Part shown: in pieces, positions 10,386 to 20,093 of the stretch
How the letters are laid out: the number at the start of each line of letters is the position of its first letter
Position numbering within the stretch: position 1 is the stretch's first letter
Assembly: GCA_963712115.1 (NCBI GenBank)
Contig: CAVQGX010000020.1
Span: forward strand, 64,001 to 128,000
Direction of reading: 5' to 3'
Length of the DNA stretch: 64,000 bases
From: an uncultured delta proteobacterium
GTDB lineage: Bacteria; Desulfobacterota; Syntrophobacteria; BM002
Notes under the pieces: generated by a model
What the model was told of the DNA's origin: nothing
The model's database searches: none
The model's input: the letters and a program-made list of their open reading frames with translations, nothing else
Position numbers and translations under genes: made by a program

Positions 10386-11228
10386 GTGAAAAAGTTATTA
10401 CTCATATTAAGAATGATCAAAATTGAACACACGGTGTTTGCCCTGCCCTTTGCCTTTATGGGAGCCTTTCTTGCTGCTAGAGGCTGGCCAAGCGGTAGAC
10501 AGATTTTCTGGATCCTTGTGGCCATGGTGGGCATCCGTAGTGCTGCCATGGCCTTCAATCGTCTGGTTGACGCCGACTTAGATGCGGCTAACCAGCGAAC
10601 TTGCAAGCGAGAAATACCTCGAGGAGCATTGGAGAAAACCGAAGTTTGGGCCTTCGTAGCGGTTTCTTCTGTGGTGTTCATTTTGGCAGCATATCAACTG
10701 AATCGTCTCTGTTTTATTCTTTCACCTGTAGCCCTGGCAGTGACCTTGTTTTATTCCTTTAGCAAGCGGTTCACCTGGCTGAGCCATCTAATTCTGGGTG
10801 GTGCCATCGGCCTCGCTCCTGTAGGGGGATGGCTGGCCGTTGCCGGCAGCTTCCACCCCATTGCTTTCCTTCTCGGGGCGGCGGTCCTTTTTTGGATCGG
10901 CGGCTTCGATATTGTCTATGCCTGCCAGGACTATGAGTTTGACTGCAACTACATGCTTAAATCCATCCCGCAAAGATGGGGTATTGGCAGAGCACTCAAG
11001 ATCTCGGAATTTTGCCACTTGATTACCTTCGTGCTTTTGGTTACCGTGGGCATAATGGCCGGGCTGGGGTCAGCATACTATCTGGGACTTGTCCTCATCT
11101 TGGCCTTCCTGATAACCCAGCATCTCATTGTTTCAGAAGAGGATCTTTCGAAGGTCAATCTCAGTTTTTTTACCATGAACGGCTTGATCAGCATGGTGAT
11201 TTTCGTGGCTACTATTTTAAGTCTTTGA
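10386..11228 (+). CDS. ubiA: UbiA-family polyprenyltransferase (MqnP type)
   Basis: IKIEHTVFALPF, AMAFNRLVD and GFDIVYACQD motifs; multiple TM helices. Start uncertain (10332/10386/10413). Confidence 0.88.
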   Translation: MKKLLLILRMIKIEHTVFALPFAFMGAFLAARGWPSGRQIFWILVAMVGIRSAAMAFNRLVDADLDAANQRTCKREIPRGALEKTEVWAFVAVSSVVFILAAYQLNRLCFILSPVALAVTLFYSFSKRFTWLSHLILGGAIGLAPVGGWLAVAGSFHPIAFLLGAAVLFWIGGFDIVYACQDYEFDCNYMLKSIPQRWGIGRALKISEFCHLITFVLLVTVGIMAGLGSAYYLGLVLILAFLITQHLIVSEEDLSKVNLSFFTMNGLISMVIFVATILSL

Positions 11229-11301
11229 AGAGTATAAGTTCGCCATAAAGTAGCCAAGAGGACTTTAAGCCCAGAGAAGGCGGAGAGTATAGATCCAGAA
11301 C

Positions 11302-11460
11302 AAATCCGAAATCCTAATATCTAAATCCTAAACAAATTCAAATTTTTCAAATCCAAATGACCAAAACTTTCAATTCATAGATTTATTCGATTTTATTTTG
11401 AACATTGGAAAATTTGACATTGGGATTTGTTTCGTGCTTCGGATTTAGGATTTCGAATTT
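11302..11460. repeat. ~160-bp hairpin of 7-nt units (aaatccg/aaatcct family), copy 1
   Basis: aaatccgaaatcctaatatctaaatcctaaacaaattc...caaatgaccaaaac / ttttgaacattgg...gatttgtttcgtgcttcggatttaggatttcgaattt. Confidence 0.85.
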
Positions 11461-11533
11461 AATTAAAGCTGCGTTGCTCTGCGATTTCTGTAGTTTAAAT
11501 TAAATTTTTGTGACCAATTACTAAGGAGGAATT

Positions 11534-12895
11534 ATGGAGCAGGTAAAGGTATTTTTGGACGAGAGCGATATTCCCCGGCAGTGGTACAATATCTTAGCTG
11601 ATATGCCAACGCCCATGAGCCCACCGCTTCATCCGGGAACCGGACAACCAGTGGGCCCTGATGACCTGGCGCCGGTCTTCCCAATGAACCTCATAGAGCA
11701 GGAGGTCAGCACCGAAAGGTGGATAGACATCCCCGAGGAGGTTTTGGAGAAGTATCTCCTCTGGCGCCCCACACCGCTTTACCGGGCGCGAAATTTTGAG
11801 AAACTGCTGGGTGCACCGGTGCAGATTTACTACAAGAACGAAGGGGTTAGCCCGCCCGGGTCCCACAAGCCCAACACAGCCATTGCCCAGGCTTATTACA
11901 ACAAGGCTTTTGGCATAGAGCGTCTTTCCACCGAGACCGGTGCAGGGCAGTGGGGCAGCGCTCTCAGCATGGCGTGTCAAATGTTCGGCCTCGAATGCCG
12001 GGTATTCATGGTGAGGGTGAGCTATGAACAAAAGCCTTACCGCCGGCTGATGATGATGACCTGGGGCGCCAACTGCGTTCCCAGCCCTAGTGACCTGACC
12101 GCGGCAGGTAGAAAGATACTGGCTGAAAACCCCGATTCCCCTGGCAGTTTGGGCATCGCCATAAGCGAAGCCATTGAAGATGCTGTTGCCGATGAGAAGG
12201 CTCGCTATTCACTGGGGTCCGTTTTGAATCATGTGCTTCTCCATCAAACTATTATCGGGCTCGAGGCAGAGAAACAGTTGGAAAAGATCGGGGTGTATCC
12301 CGACGTGGTCATGGGATGCGCCGGCGGGGGAAGCAACTTTGCCGGGATCGCCCTGCCATTTGTTCGGGATAAGATCCACGGAAAAGATTTGTCCATTGTC
12401 GCTGCTGAGCCCACCTCATGCCCGACAATGACCCGTGGGCCCTTTGCCTATGATTTCGGGGATACTGCCATGACAACACCCCTGTTGCCCATGCATACCC
12501 TCGGCCATGATTTTGTGCCTGCCCCCATCCATGCCGGTGGTCTCAGGTATCATGGAATGGCTCCTGTTGTTAGCCACCTGGTCAAAGGGGGGCTTGTCGA
12601 GCCCAGGGCTTTCAACCAGTTAGAGACCTTTACGGCGGGAGTAAACTGGGCCCGCACAGAGGGATTCATTTCAGCACCGGAGACCAACCATGTAATTGCC
12701 GCGGTTGTCCAGGAAGCGGAACGGGCCAAAGAAGAGGGCAAGGAGAAGGTGATTCTCTTCAACTGGAGCGGTCACGGATTGGTTGACCTGGCGGCATACG
12801 AAGCCTTTCTCTCGGGTCAGCTGACAAACTATGCACTTCCAGAAGAGGAGATCCGCAGGGCCTTACAAACAATTGAACAGTTCCCCAAACCTTAG
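11534..12895 (+). CDS. trpB2: TrpB-like PLP enzyme (tryptophan synthase beta, type 2)
   Basis: [25 protein letters not shown] and HAGGLRYHG motifs; no trpA neighbour. Confidence 0.92.
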   Translation: MEQVKVFLDESDIPRQWYNILADMPTPMSPPLHPGTGQPVGPDDLAPVFPMNLIEQEVSTERWIDIPEEVLEKYLLWRPTPLYRARNFEKLLGAPVQIYYKNEGVSPPGSHKPNTAIAQAYYNKAFGIERLSTETGAGQWGSALSMACQMFGLECRVFMVRVSYEQKPYRRLMMMTWGANCVPSPSDLTAAGRKILAENPDSPGSLGIAISEAIEDAVADEKARYSLGSVLNHVLLHQTIIGLEAEKQLEKIGVYPDVVMGCAGGGSNFAGIALPFVRDKIHGKDLSIVAAEPTSCPTMTRGPFAYDFGDTAMTTPLLPMHTLGHDFVPAPIHAGGLRYHGMAPVVSHLVKGGLVEPRAFNQLETFTAGVNWARTEGFISAPETNHVIAAVVQEAERAKEEGKEKVILFNWSGHGLVDLAAYEAFLSGQLTNYALPEEEIRRALQTIEQFPKP

Positions 12896-13074
12896 CCCGG
12901 ATGTTTCATGAGTCGCTTGCTGCGACCCTGGATATGGACGTACTTCCGGGCGTTCTCGGTGTCGGATCCTGCGACGTACCATTCAGGTAGCCTCGGAACC
13001 AACACCCTGCGGTTACCCGGTGGCACGACCATCTCCATGGTCTCGCGACATCAACTCATGGAACATCCGGGCTA
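12893..13074. mobile_element. MITE, copy 1 (~180 bp)
   Basis: Terminal inverted repeats tagcccggatgtttcatgagt / actcatggaacatccgggcta; the interior is homologous to the reverse complement of 34274-34468. Confidence 0.85.
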
Positions 13075-13100
13075 GCCAACTGCTTGCTGCGCTCTGCAGT

Positions 13101-13186
13101 TGGAATATTGGAGCAATGGAAGAGTGGAATAATGCGTGCTATCGTCTTTCCCCAATATTCCATCATTCCACCATTCCATTGTTCCA
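13101..13186. repeat. Hairpin of 8-nt units (tggaatNN / NNattcca family), copy 1
   Basis: tggaatattggagcaatggaagagtggaataatg ... ccaatattccatcattccaccattccattgttcca. Copy 2 at 30853-30915. Confidence 0.75.
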
Positions 13187-13234
13187 GAGAGGCCGACCTT
13201 GGAAGGCTATCTGGCCCTTATGAGGACTAAAGTG

Positions 13235-13507
13235 ATGGAAAACAGGCTCAGTAACCAGCTGGAAATCAGATGCCCCAGGCTTGGGGGTGAGGTATCCCTG
13301 GTGTACTGTTTAAAAGAGGGTGGCGATATCCCCTGTTCGCGAACTATTGTTTGCTGGCAGCCGTACTTTGACGTGGAGGCCCAGCTTCGGGCAAAGCTCA
13401 CGGAGGAACAATGGGATCGTTGTTTTGGGAAGACACCCAAAGAAAAGATCGTCTCTTTAGTTGAGCTGATCGAAGCGGCCAAGAAGCGTAAGCAGACAGA
13501 AGGCTGA
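13235..13507 (+). CDS. Small Cys-containing hypothetical protein
   Basis: RCPRLGGEV...YC...PC...CW pattern; gagga RBS at 13222. The longer ORF-track start lies inside a repeat. Confidence 0.75.
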   Translation: MENRLSNQLEIRCPRLGGEVSLVYCLKEGGDIPCSRTIVCWQPYFDVEAQLRAKLTEEQWDRCFGKTPKEKIVSLVELIEAAKKRKQTEG

Positions 13508-13552
13508 GAGGGCCTAGATTAAGGTTAACCACACAGCATGTTCGAATCGCAG

Positions 13553-13707
13553 AAATTGCGAATATCGAAATCTCGAAACAAATTCGAATTCCAAAATCCA
13601 AATGATCGAAACGGCAGATCAAATCTTATTTGACTATTTACGTTTTGAACATTTGAGACTTAGGATTTTGGATTTGTTTCGTGCTTCGTGCTTCGAATTT
13701 CGCATTT
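13553..13707. repeat. aaatccg-family hairpin, copy 2
   Basis: aatatcgaaatctcgaaacaaattcgaattccaaaatccaaatgatcgaaac ... gttttgaacatttg...gatttgtttcgtgcttcgtgcttcgaatttcgcattt. Confidence 0.85.
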
Positions 13708-13748
13708 GAGCTGCAAACCGCAAAGTCATAAACAGGAAAGGACCATGG

Positions 13749-14315
13749 ATGATGCATCCAAAGCGTATGGTTGTGGGCATCTCAGGTGCGACTGGGGTAA
13801 TCTACGGGCTGGAGATGCTCAAGGCCCTGCAAGACCTTGGCTATGAAAGCCACGTTGTCCTCACAGAACAGGCTCGTCATAATTTTCTCTTGGAAACTGA
13901 CCACTCACTAGAGGAGGTGGAAAAAACAGCCTCCCGAATTTATGATGATCATGATCTCGCCGCGCCCATCTCCAGTGGTTCATTTATTACCAGGGGTATG
14001 GTGGTTATACCTTGCTCCATCAAAAGCCTTTCTGGTATAGCCACTTCCTATGGCGCCAACTTGCTGGTCCGGGCTGCCGACGTCACTCTCAAGGAGCGGC
14101 GGCCTCTGGTTCTGGTGGTGCGGGAGACGCCTCTTCACCGAGGGCACTTGGAACTTATGCTCACTGCTGCCTCTCAAGGTGCGGTTATTCTACCGCCGGT
14201 TCCGGCCTTTTATCACAAGCCTAAGACCATTACAGACCTCATCCACCACACCGTGGGCAAGGTTCTGGACTGCTTCCGCATTCCTCATGACCTATTCCGA
14301 CGCTGGGGTGCATGA
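13749..14315 (+). CDS. ubiX: Flavin prenyltransferase
   Basis: VVGISGATG, APISSGS, PCSIKSL, RAADVTLKERR, RETP and PAFYHKP motifs. Confidence 0.95.
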   Translation: MMHPKRMVVGISGATGVIYGLEMLKALQDLGYESHVVLTEQARHNFLLETDHSLEEVEKTASRIYDDHDLAAPISSGSFITRGMVVIPCSIKSLSGIATSYGANLLVRAADVTLKERRPLVLVVRETPLHRGHLELMLTAASQGAVILPPVPAFYHKPKTITDLIHHTVGKVLDCFRIPHDLFRRWGA

Positions 14316-14322
14316 GACAAAT

Positions 14323-14902
14323 AGACACGGGATGAGACGACACGGGGACGCGAGGAAACGGTGACGCGGCGAATAAACAATAGGATCCCTCGTCCTTGCT
14401 ATACTCAACCCTATGGTCTGCGAATAATCCAACTGTGTGAGTCCATAATCATAGTGACAAGCTGTGATAGTATATGTTCATAACGTTGATCTAGACTCTT
14501 GAAGGTTTCTTCATTGATGTAACCGCATCGGAGTGAAAACTCCAACCACACCTGAGTCTCTGCAGCCTCAGTCTCTGAATCGCTCAACTTGCTCACAAAC
14601 GCTGCCTGGTAGCGCCTTTTTCGCCAGGCTTCGGAGAGGTTGGCACAAACCGAGCGCGAGGATTTCCGGATTTGATCCACAAGAGAATACCTTTCTTCTC
14701 TTGGGAAGTTCTTGCTCAGCCGGAATATCTCCATAGCAAGGTCCATGGCCGCCTGATACACTCTGAGCTCCCTATAGCTCCGAATGTTCTGTTTTGGTGC
14801 CCCCATCTTGTCCCCTCCTTTTTCCAATAATTTGACCTGCAAGCCAATCATGTCCCTGTGTCCCCGCTTCTCCGTGTCCCCGCGTCGCCGTGTCTCTGCG
14901 TC
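14323..14902. mobile_element. Candidate cassette: inverted arms of 8-nt GACRCGGN units (14323-14372, 14851-14902) enclosing a four-helix-bundle gene
   Basis: Left arm gacacggg..gacacggg gacgcgag gaaacggt gacgcggc. Right arm reverse complement gacgcaga gacacggc gacgcggg gacacgga gaagcggg gacacagg. Mobility is inferred, not shown. Confidence 0.6.
14411..14806 (-). CDS. Four-helix-bundle protein (23S rRNA IVS protein / Avd-like family)
   Basis: SYRELRVYQ, FPREERYSLVDQIRKSSRSVCANLSEAW and FVSKLSDSETEAAETQVWL motifs; aaggagg RBS before ATG 14806. Confidence 0.92.
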   Translation of the reverse strand: MGAPKQNIRSYRELRVYQAAMDLAMEIFRLSKNFPREERYSLVDQIRKSSRSVCANLSEAWRKRRYQAAFVSKLSDSETEAAETQVWLEFSLRCGYINEETFKSLDQRYEHILSQLVTMIMDSHSWIIRRP

Positions 14903-16188
14903 TAGTGTTTAAACGCTCGCTGGCCGGTGAAGACCATAGTGGCTCCTGCCTCGTTGCAGGCCTCGATCACCTCGAAGTCTCTCATTGATCCTCCCGGCTG
15001 CACCACCGCGGTGACACCCTCCTTGAGTCCCACGTCTACCCCATCCCGAAAGGGAAAGAAGGCATCCGAGACCATGGTGGAACCAATAAGGCCACCTTTG
15101 GCCTCCTGGGTGGCAGCGTCTATTTCTTCTTTGAGAGCCTGGTCCCGTTCACCCTTGTCTATGGCAAGTTCCAGGTCTTTGTAGGGGATGGAGTGTTTCT
15201 CAAAGCAGAGCCGGTCTGCATATTTAGTGTAGGCCTTGAATACTGCAATCTCGGCGACACCAACCCGGTCCTGCTCTCCGGTGCCAATGCCCACGGTGCA
15301 CTCATCTTTTACATAAATTACTGAATTTGAGGTCACACCCTGCTCTACGCTCCAGCCAAAGAGGAGATCATTGAGTTCCTTCTCTGTTGGTGGCCGCTTG
15401 ATCTTGTAAGTCTTTCCCTCGTAGGTGGTTTCAGCCGGTTTGAAGTCTTTTATGCTAAGGATGGCGTTGAGGGGTGACTGTTGGACAATGATTCCACCGT
15501 CCATCAGAGACTTGAATTCCAGGTAACGTTGCTTGCGGTAATCGGTGAGCCGGTCCATACGGGAGACCTGAACGATCCTGAGGTTGGCGCGCCGTTTGAG
15601 GATCTCAACCGTGCCTGCCTCGTATTCAGGCGCCGCCACAACTTCCAGGTAATTTTCTGCCACCAGCTCGGCGGTGGCCTTGTCCACCGGCTGGTTGAAC
15701 ACCACACAGCCGCCAAAGGCGGCAATGCGGTCAGCCATGTTGGCACGATCGTATGCTTCAGCCAGGCTGCTGCCCTGGGCCGCGCCGCAGGGGTTGTTAT
15801 GCTTCAGAATTACTGCTGCCGGTCGCGCATCCAGATATCTGAGGACATTTAGGCCGTTGTCCAGATCAGTCAGGTTGGTCTTGCCCGGGTGTTTACCGGC
15901 CTGGAGCATTTCCGCTTCTGTAATACTGCTTACCAGGCCCAAACCGGGCTGGATAAAGCGACACTCCCCCAGGGTGAGATTGCCATCCACCAGCTCGTAG
16001 AGGGCGGCCTCTTGCCCGGGATTCTCACCATAACGCAATCCCTTTTCAATAAGCTCGCCACTTTTCTCATCGGGAATCTTCCAGGCGCGCTTGCGATAGG
16101 TGAGGATCTGCTCACCGAAGGCTATGGTCATTGTCTCGGGAAAATGATCATCCATGACCGTGCGGTACATCTCCTTGAGTTCTGCCAT
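14902..16188 (-). CDS. purH: PurH-related protein (AICAR transformylase-like domain, no N-terminal IMPCH/MGS domain)
   Basis: LRYGENP-Q, KHNNPCG, AFGG, SDAFFPFRD, QPGGS-RD and FTGQRAFKH motifs. Confidence 0.8.
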   Translation of the reverse strand: MAELKEMYRTVMDDHFPETMTIAFGEQILTYRKRAWKIPDEKSGELIEKGLRYGENPGQEAALYELVDGNLTLGECRFIQPGLGLVSSITEAEMLQAGKHPGKTNLTDLDNGLNVLRYLDARPAAVILKHNNPCGAAQGSSLAEAYDRANMADRIAAFGGCVVFNQPVDKATAELVAENYLEVVAAPEYEAGTVEILKRRANLRIVQVSRMDRLTDYRKQRYLEFKSLMDGGIIVQQSPLNAILSIKDFKPAETTYEGKTYKIKRPPTEKELNDLLFGWSVEQGVTSNSVIYVKDECTVGIGTGEQDRVGVAEIAVFKAYTKYADRLCFEKHSIPYKDLELAIDKGERDQALKEEIDAATQEAKGGLIGSTMVSDAFFPFRDGVDVGLKEGVTAVVQPGGSMRDFEVIEACNEAGATMVFTGQRAFKH

Positions 16189-16428
16189 ACTTTCCCTCCT
16201 TATGGGATTGCGGAATTCAAAATTGGGAAGAAAGTCTAAATTTTATGCTTTTGTGTTTGAAACCCATTCCTTTCCAGACCATGGAAAGGAATGAAATTGA
16301 GTTACCGTAAATGTAAGCTAGAAAAAGAAAATGGCCAAGGGAAAAATTTGACTTATTTGCCATTATTGCCAAAACTCTCCATCCATGATAGATAGCCCAA
16401 GCACAAAGGGCGCGAAACGCCATTTGAC

Positions 16429-16608
16429 CAGCTGGCAGCTAAAAAGTCTGGAAACGGACCAAAAAGTCATACCGGACGAGACGAAGTCGAGATCCGGTAT
16501 CCAGTAGGTATTGTTTTTTTCTGGATTCCGGACAGTCGTTTCACGACTTCCGGAATGACGGACTTGGTGTTGGCACTCAAGATACCGAGTTTTTCAGCAG
16601 CCTGCTAG
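16429..16608. mobile_element. MITE-like element enclosing a REP-like doublet (16466-16559)
   Basis: Ends cagctggcagctaaaaagtc / gagtttttcagcagcctgctag are imperfect TIRs. Interior gtcataccggac...tccggtatccag / ctggattccgga...tccggaatgac. Confidence 0.65.
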
Positions 16609-16692
16609 TGCCTAGATAGGTATTTTTTCGGTGGAACTTTTGATGACTTGGGCGGTCATTAAGGGTATATTCTCTCAGAGGCGAAAGTAGTA

Positions 16693-18411
16693 ATGAAATA
16701 TATCAGAAAAACCATCTTTTTTTTGGCGGCCATTCCTATTTTATTTGCTGCCGTTGGTTCGGCTGCAGAGGCGGTCAAGAAAGTCGCCATACTCCCCTTC
16801 CAGATGAACGCTCCCCAAGACCTCAACTACCTGAGAGAGGGAATCATGGACATGCTCGCCAGCCGCTTGGCCTGGGAGGGCAAGGTGGAGGTTGTTGAAA
16901 AGCAGGTAGTGAAGGAAGCCCTCGCCGGCCACCAGGGACCTTTAAATGAGTCTGCCGCCCGAAAGGTGGGTTCGAACTTGGGGGTGGACTACGCACTTTT
17001 CGGTAGTCTCACCGTGTTCGGTGAAAGCGTGAGCATCGACGCCAAAATGGTTGCTCTAAAGGAAGATAATCCCCCGGTAACTGTCTATGCCCAGACCAAG
17101 GGGTTGAGCGAAGTCGTTCCCCGGATCAATGATTTCGCCCAGGAGATAAACAACAAGATCTTCGGCCGGGGTACGGCAGCGGTAGCGGCTGCACCTGCTC
17201 AGCCTCGCTTTTCTAAGGCCCACCCGGAAAGCATCATGAGCGGGCCAGCGCCCGGCCCGGCCAAATCTGACGACACTGGCAGCTTTGTCAGCCTTCAATC
17301 CAAAACGACAAGCGATTCGGATGTGTTTCGCAGCCAGAGGCTGAAATTTCCAGTGAATGGCATGGACGTTGGCGATATTGATGGAGACGGCCGCCCGGAA
17401 ATCGTGGTGATCTCCAATTTCAAGGAGGTCTTGGTCTACCAGTGGGATCAGGGCAGGCTAAACAAGCGAGGCTCCTTTGAGGGCAGCACCCGTGATCGCA
17501 TGGTGTGGGTCTGCCTGCTGGATGCCAATCACGACGGCAAGGATGAAATATATGTCAGTAACCTCCGCGGCCAGAGACTGTCCTCCTATGTGCTCGAGTG
17601 GCGAGGGGAGCAACTGAAGGAGCTGGCCTCGGAGGTGGAGTGGTACTTCAACCGCCTCACTGTACCGGGGAAAGATACTATCTTAATGGGACAGAAGAAG
17701 AATCCCGAGGATATTTTCATGGCCGGAGTTTATCGTCTCCAGTTCGCCGGCGGTGGTTACGAACCCTTGGAGGGTATAAGCCTGCCCAGGAGGACAAATG
17801 TTTTCAACTTCGCCCAGGGTGATGTAGACGGCGACGGCAAGGATGAGACGGTTTTCATCGGCGCGGAAGAAAAGCTCCTTTATCTGGTTGATGATGACGG
17901 CACTCGGCTGTGGAACAGCAGGGAATATTATGGCGCAACTTCTAACATCCTTGAGGGCAAAATACCAACCAGTGGCACAACAGCGGTTCCAGGAGGAGGT
18001 GGGGCTACCATAGATGATGAGGTGGAGATCTATTACATCCCCTCACCGATTCTTTTGGTGGACCTTAACAACGATAAGCGGCTGGAGATCCTGGCCAACC
18101 GCAACCTAACAACGACTTCCATGGTTCTCTCCAGACAACGCAATTTTTCTGACGGTGAGGTCCAATCCATGCTTTGGACAGGAGGTGAACTTTTGCCCCA
18201 GTGGAAGACAAGGCCGCTCCGCGGCATGGTGGTGAGTTACCGTCTCGCCGATATGGACGGAGACGGCCAGGATGAGATGGTGGCGGCAGCAGTTCTGGAG
18301 AAGGAAATATTTAAGCAAACAAGAAGTATGATCTATGTGTACGAGCTCGACGGGGCGCGGGCCCTGAGCGGCCAGACCACTGCCCCGGGTATCATAGAGT
18401 CGAATCAGTAA
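16693..18411 (+). CDS. Secreted FG-GAP/VCBS repeat protein with N-terminal CsgG/TolB-N-like domain
   Basis: Signal peptide; KVAILPF domain; repeats GDIDGDGRPEI, DANHDGKDEI, GDVDGDGKDE, DLNNDKRLEI and DMDGDGQDEM. Confidence 0.85.
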   Translation: MKYIRKTIFFLAAIPILFAAVGSAAEAVKKVAILPFQMNAPQDLNYLREGIMDMLASRLAWEGKVEVVEKQVVKEALAGHQGPLNESAARKVGSNLGVDYALFGSLTVFGESVSIDAKMVALKEDNPPVTVYAQTKGLSEVVPRINDFAQEINNKIFGRGTAAVAAAPAQPRFSKAHPESIMSGPAPGPAKSDDTGSFVSLQSKTTSDSDVFRSQRLKFPVNGMDVGDIDGDGRPEIVVISNFKEVLVYQWDQGRLNKRGSFEGSTRDRMVWVCLLDANHDGKDEIYVSNLRGQRLSSYVLEWRGEQLKELASEVEWYFNRLTVPGKDTILMGQKKNPEDIFMAGVYRLQFAGGGYEPLEGISLPRRTNVFNFAQGDVDGDGKDETVFIGAEEKLLYLVDDDGTRLWNSREYYGATSNILEGKIPTSGTTAVPGGGGATIDDEVEIYYIPSPILLVDLNNDKRLEILANRNLTTTSMVLSRQRNFSDGEVQSMLWTGGELLPQWKTRPLRGMVVSYRLADMDGDGQDEMVAAAVLEKEIFKQTRSMIYVYELDGARALSGQTTAPGIIESNQ

Positions 18412-18558
18412 AGGAAATTTAAGATCTTAGATTGTAGACTGCACATTTGAAATTCATACCCTCTTCAATCCCCCAGGTCCCCCTTTAAGAAACTGACCTA
18501 CCATACACTTGGCACAGGCCGTGTTATAAGTCCGGGTGGGTTTTTAAGAAACTCTTTA

Positions 18559-18684
18559 AACCGCAGAATATCGAATCCGCCTCAGGCGGATCGAAGTGAA
18601 CACTTCATAATTCTGCGGTTCCTTGTTCTACCTGCCCGCCATCGCGAGCCGCTCAGGCGAGGCGGGCGGGCCTTCGATATTCAA
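18559..18684. repeat. AANNNNG-family hairpin, copy 2, with two nested GC-rich palindromes
   Basis: aaccgcagaatatcgaa[tccgcctcaggcgga]tcgaagt...acttcataattctgcggttccttgttc[tacctgcccgcc...ggcgggcgggcc]ttcgatattc. Confidence 0.75.
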
Positions 18685-18748
18685 TGGTTTTAATTAGCTG
18701 CAATTATCTCTGAAAATATGCACTGTCTCAGGTGTGGGAAAGGACCAA

Positions 18749-18781
18749 ATAAAAACCCCGGGGAGTTTATCCCCCGGGGTT
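18749..18781 (-). terminator. Intrinsic terminator of the porin gene
   Basis: aaccccgggg stem followed by a T tract on the minus strand, 30 nt after the stop at 18812. Confidence 0.75.
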
Positions 18782-18811
18782 GTGAGTGTCCTTACTAAGG
18801 ATCAAACTTCC

Positions 18812-20093
18812 TTAGTAACTGAAGTCGACGCCGATACCAACCTGAAAGGCATCATCGCCACTGTTTGTAGCAGTAGTACCCGCTACGCCATAGCCGTTTT
18901 CGGCAAGCATGTAGGCACCGGCAAGGCTGAGGGTGAGGTTGTCGTAGATTTTCTGGGCAAGCCTGGCATCGATTTCAATGCCGATCTCGTCTTCCTCACT
19001 GCCGGCGACGGTGCGATCCTCGACCATGCCGATGTAGTACACATCGAGCATAATCGTGGTGGTATCAGTGGGCTTCACAGTGGCGCCGAGACCCACCGCC
19101 CACATGTTGCTGGGGCTGTTGTCGCCACCGATCTGTGACAGATCGGCATTTCTATCATAGGACCAACCATCGCTGATCATCTCAGCCCAGCTGAAGGTTT
19201 CGCCTGCCATTCCCTGGAAGTCGTCGTCGAGATCACCTTCCTTGTCGCCGCTGGCATAGATGAACTGGGCCCTGAGGGTTGCCATATCCAGGGCAAAATC
19301 CACCCCGGCATGGGCCATGTAGCCGTCGTAGTTCCGATCCCCAGCGCCATCGCTTTTTACCTCGCCGAAGTTCTTGCCGAGGATGACGAAGAAGGACACC
19401 ATGTCGAAGCTCATGTTGAACTCACCCATGACCAGGTAGAGGTCGTCGCTCTCGGGTACGTCAGCTGATGGTTAGTAGTCATTCGGTCCCTTCTGGTAAC
19501 CGAAGGTGAGCCGGGCGTCCATGTTCTCGGCCTTGTAGGCGCCGCTGGCCACCAGGTGCCAGACGTCGTTGCTGGAGTCTAGGATCGTTGGCCTCCAGAC
19601 CTGCTGCGCCGGCCCAGTAAGCGGTGACCGTTACAGGGTCGAAGTTCATGTCGAAGCGGGCAGCGGAAACGTCATCATCGATGAACCAGCCGCGGTGCAG
19701 GGCCACACCCTGCAGACCCAGGGTGGCCTTCACCGGGGTGTCCGGAACCATGAACTCCAGGTAGACGTTCTTGGTCTCCAGGTTGACCGAGTCACCGCCC
19801 AGACCACCACCGCTGTTCCTGCTGTTTACAAAGGCTGTATCACCCCACTCCATGTCGATCTCGTTCTTGTAGACCAGCTTGAGATTTTCGCTTGCGATGA
19901 TGTTAAAGTACATGCGCATTCTCTGGGTGACGTACTGGTAGGAATCATCTGAGTCGTCATCGCCATCGTAGTTGTCTTTGGCCCAGGCCTTGGCATTCCA
20001 CAGGCCGCTGATCTTCACCTCAGCCGCATAGGTGGGCATAACCAATGCGAACACGAAGATGAGCGCCAAAAGACAAAATAGTAACCGTTTCAT
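18812..20093 (-). CDS. Outer-membrane beta-barrel porin (deltaproteobacterial major-porin type), interrupted in this sequence
   Basis: Signal peptide, QRMR and EID-WGD motifs, amphipathic strands, C-terminal aromatic FSY. One frameshift near 19583 and an in-frame TAA at 19472-19474. Confidence 0.75.

Noticed and set aside
14411-14806. Diversity-generating retroelement or rRNA intervening sequence
   Set aside because: No reverse transcriptase, no TR/VR pair and no rRNA sequence in the window.
16381-16430. Possible ZMP/ZTP riboswitch upstream of the purH-like gene (tggtcaaatggcg...gcttgggc on the minus strand)
   Set aside because: Lacks the GACUGGCG and CGCCUGGGC pseudoknot pair and the P1/P2 layout; a covariance search would be decisive.
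19472-19474. Recoded stop (Sec/Pyl) in the porin
   Set aside because: The codon is TAA and lies near a separate frameshift; error or decay is simpler.
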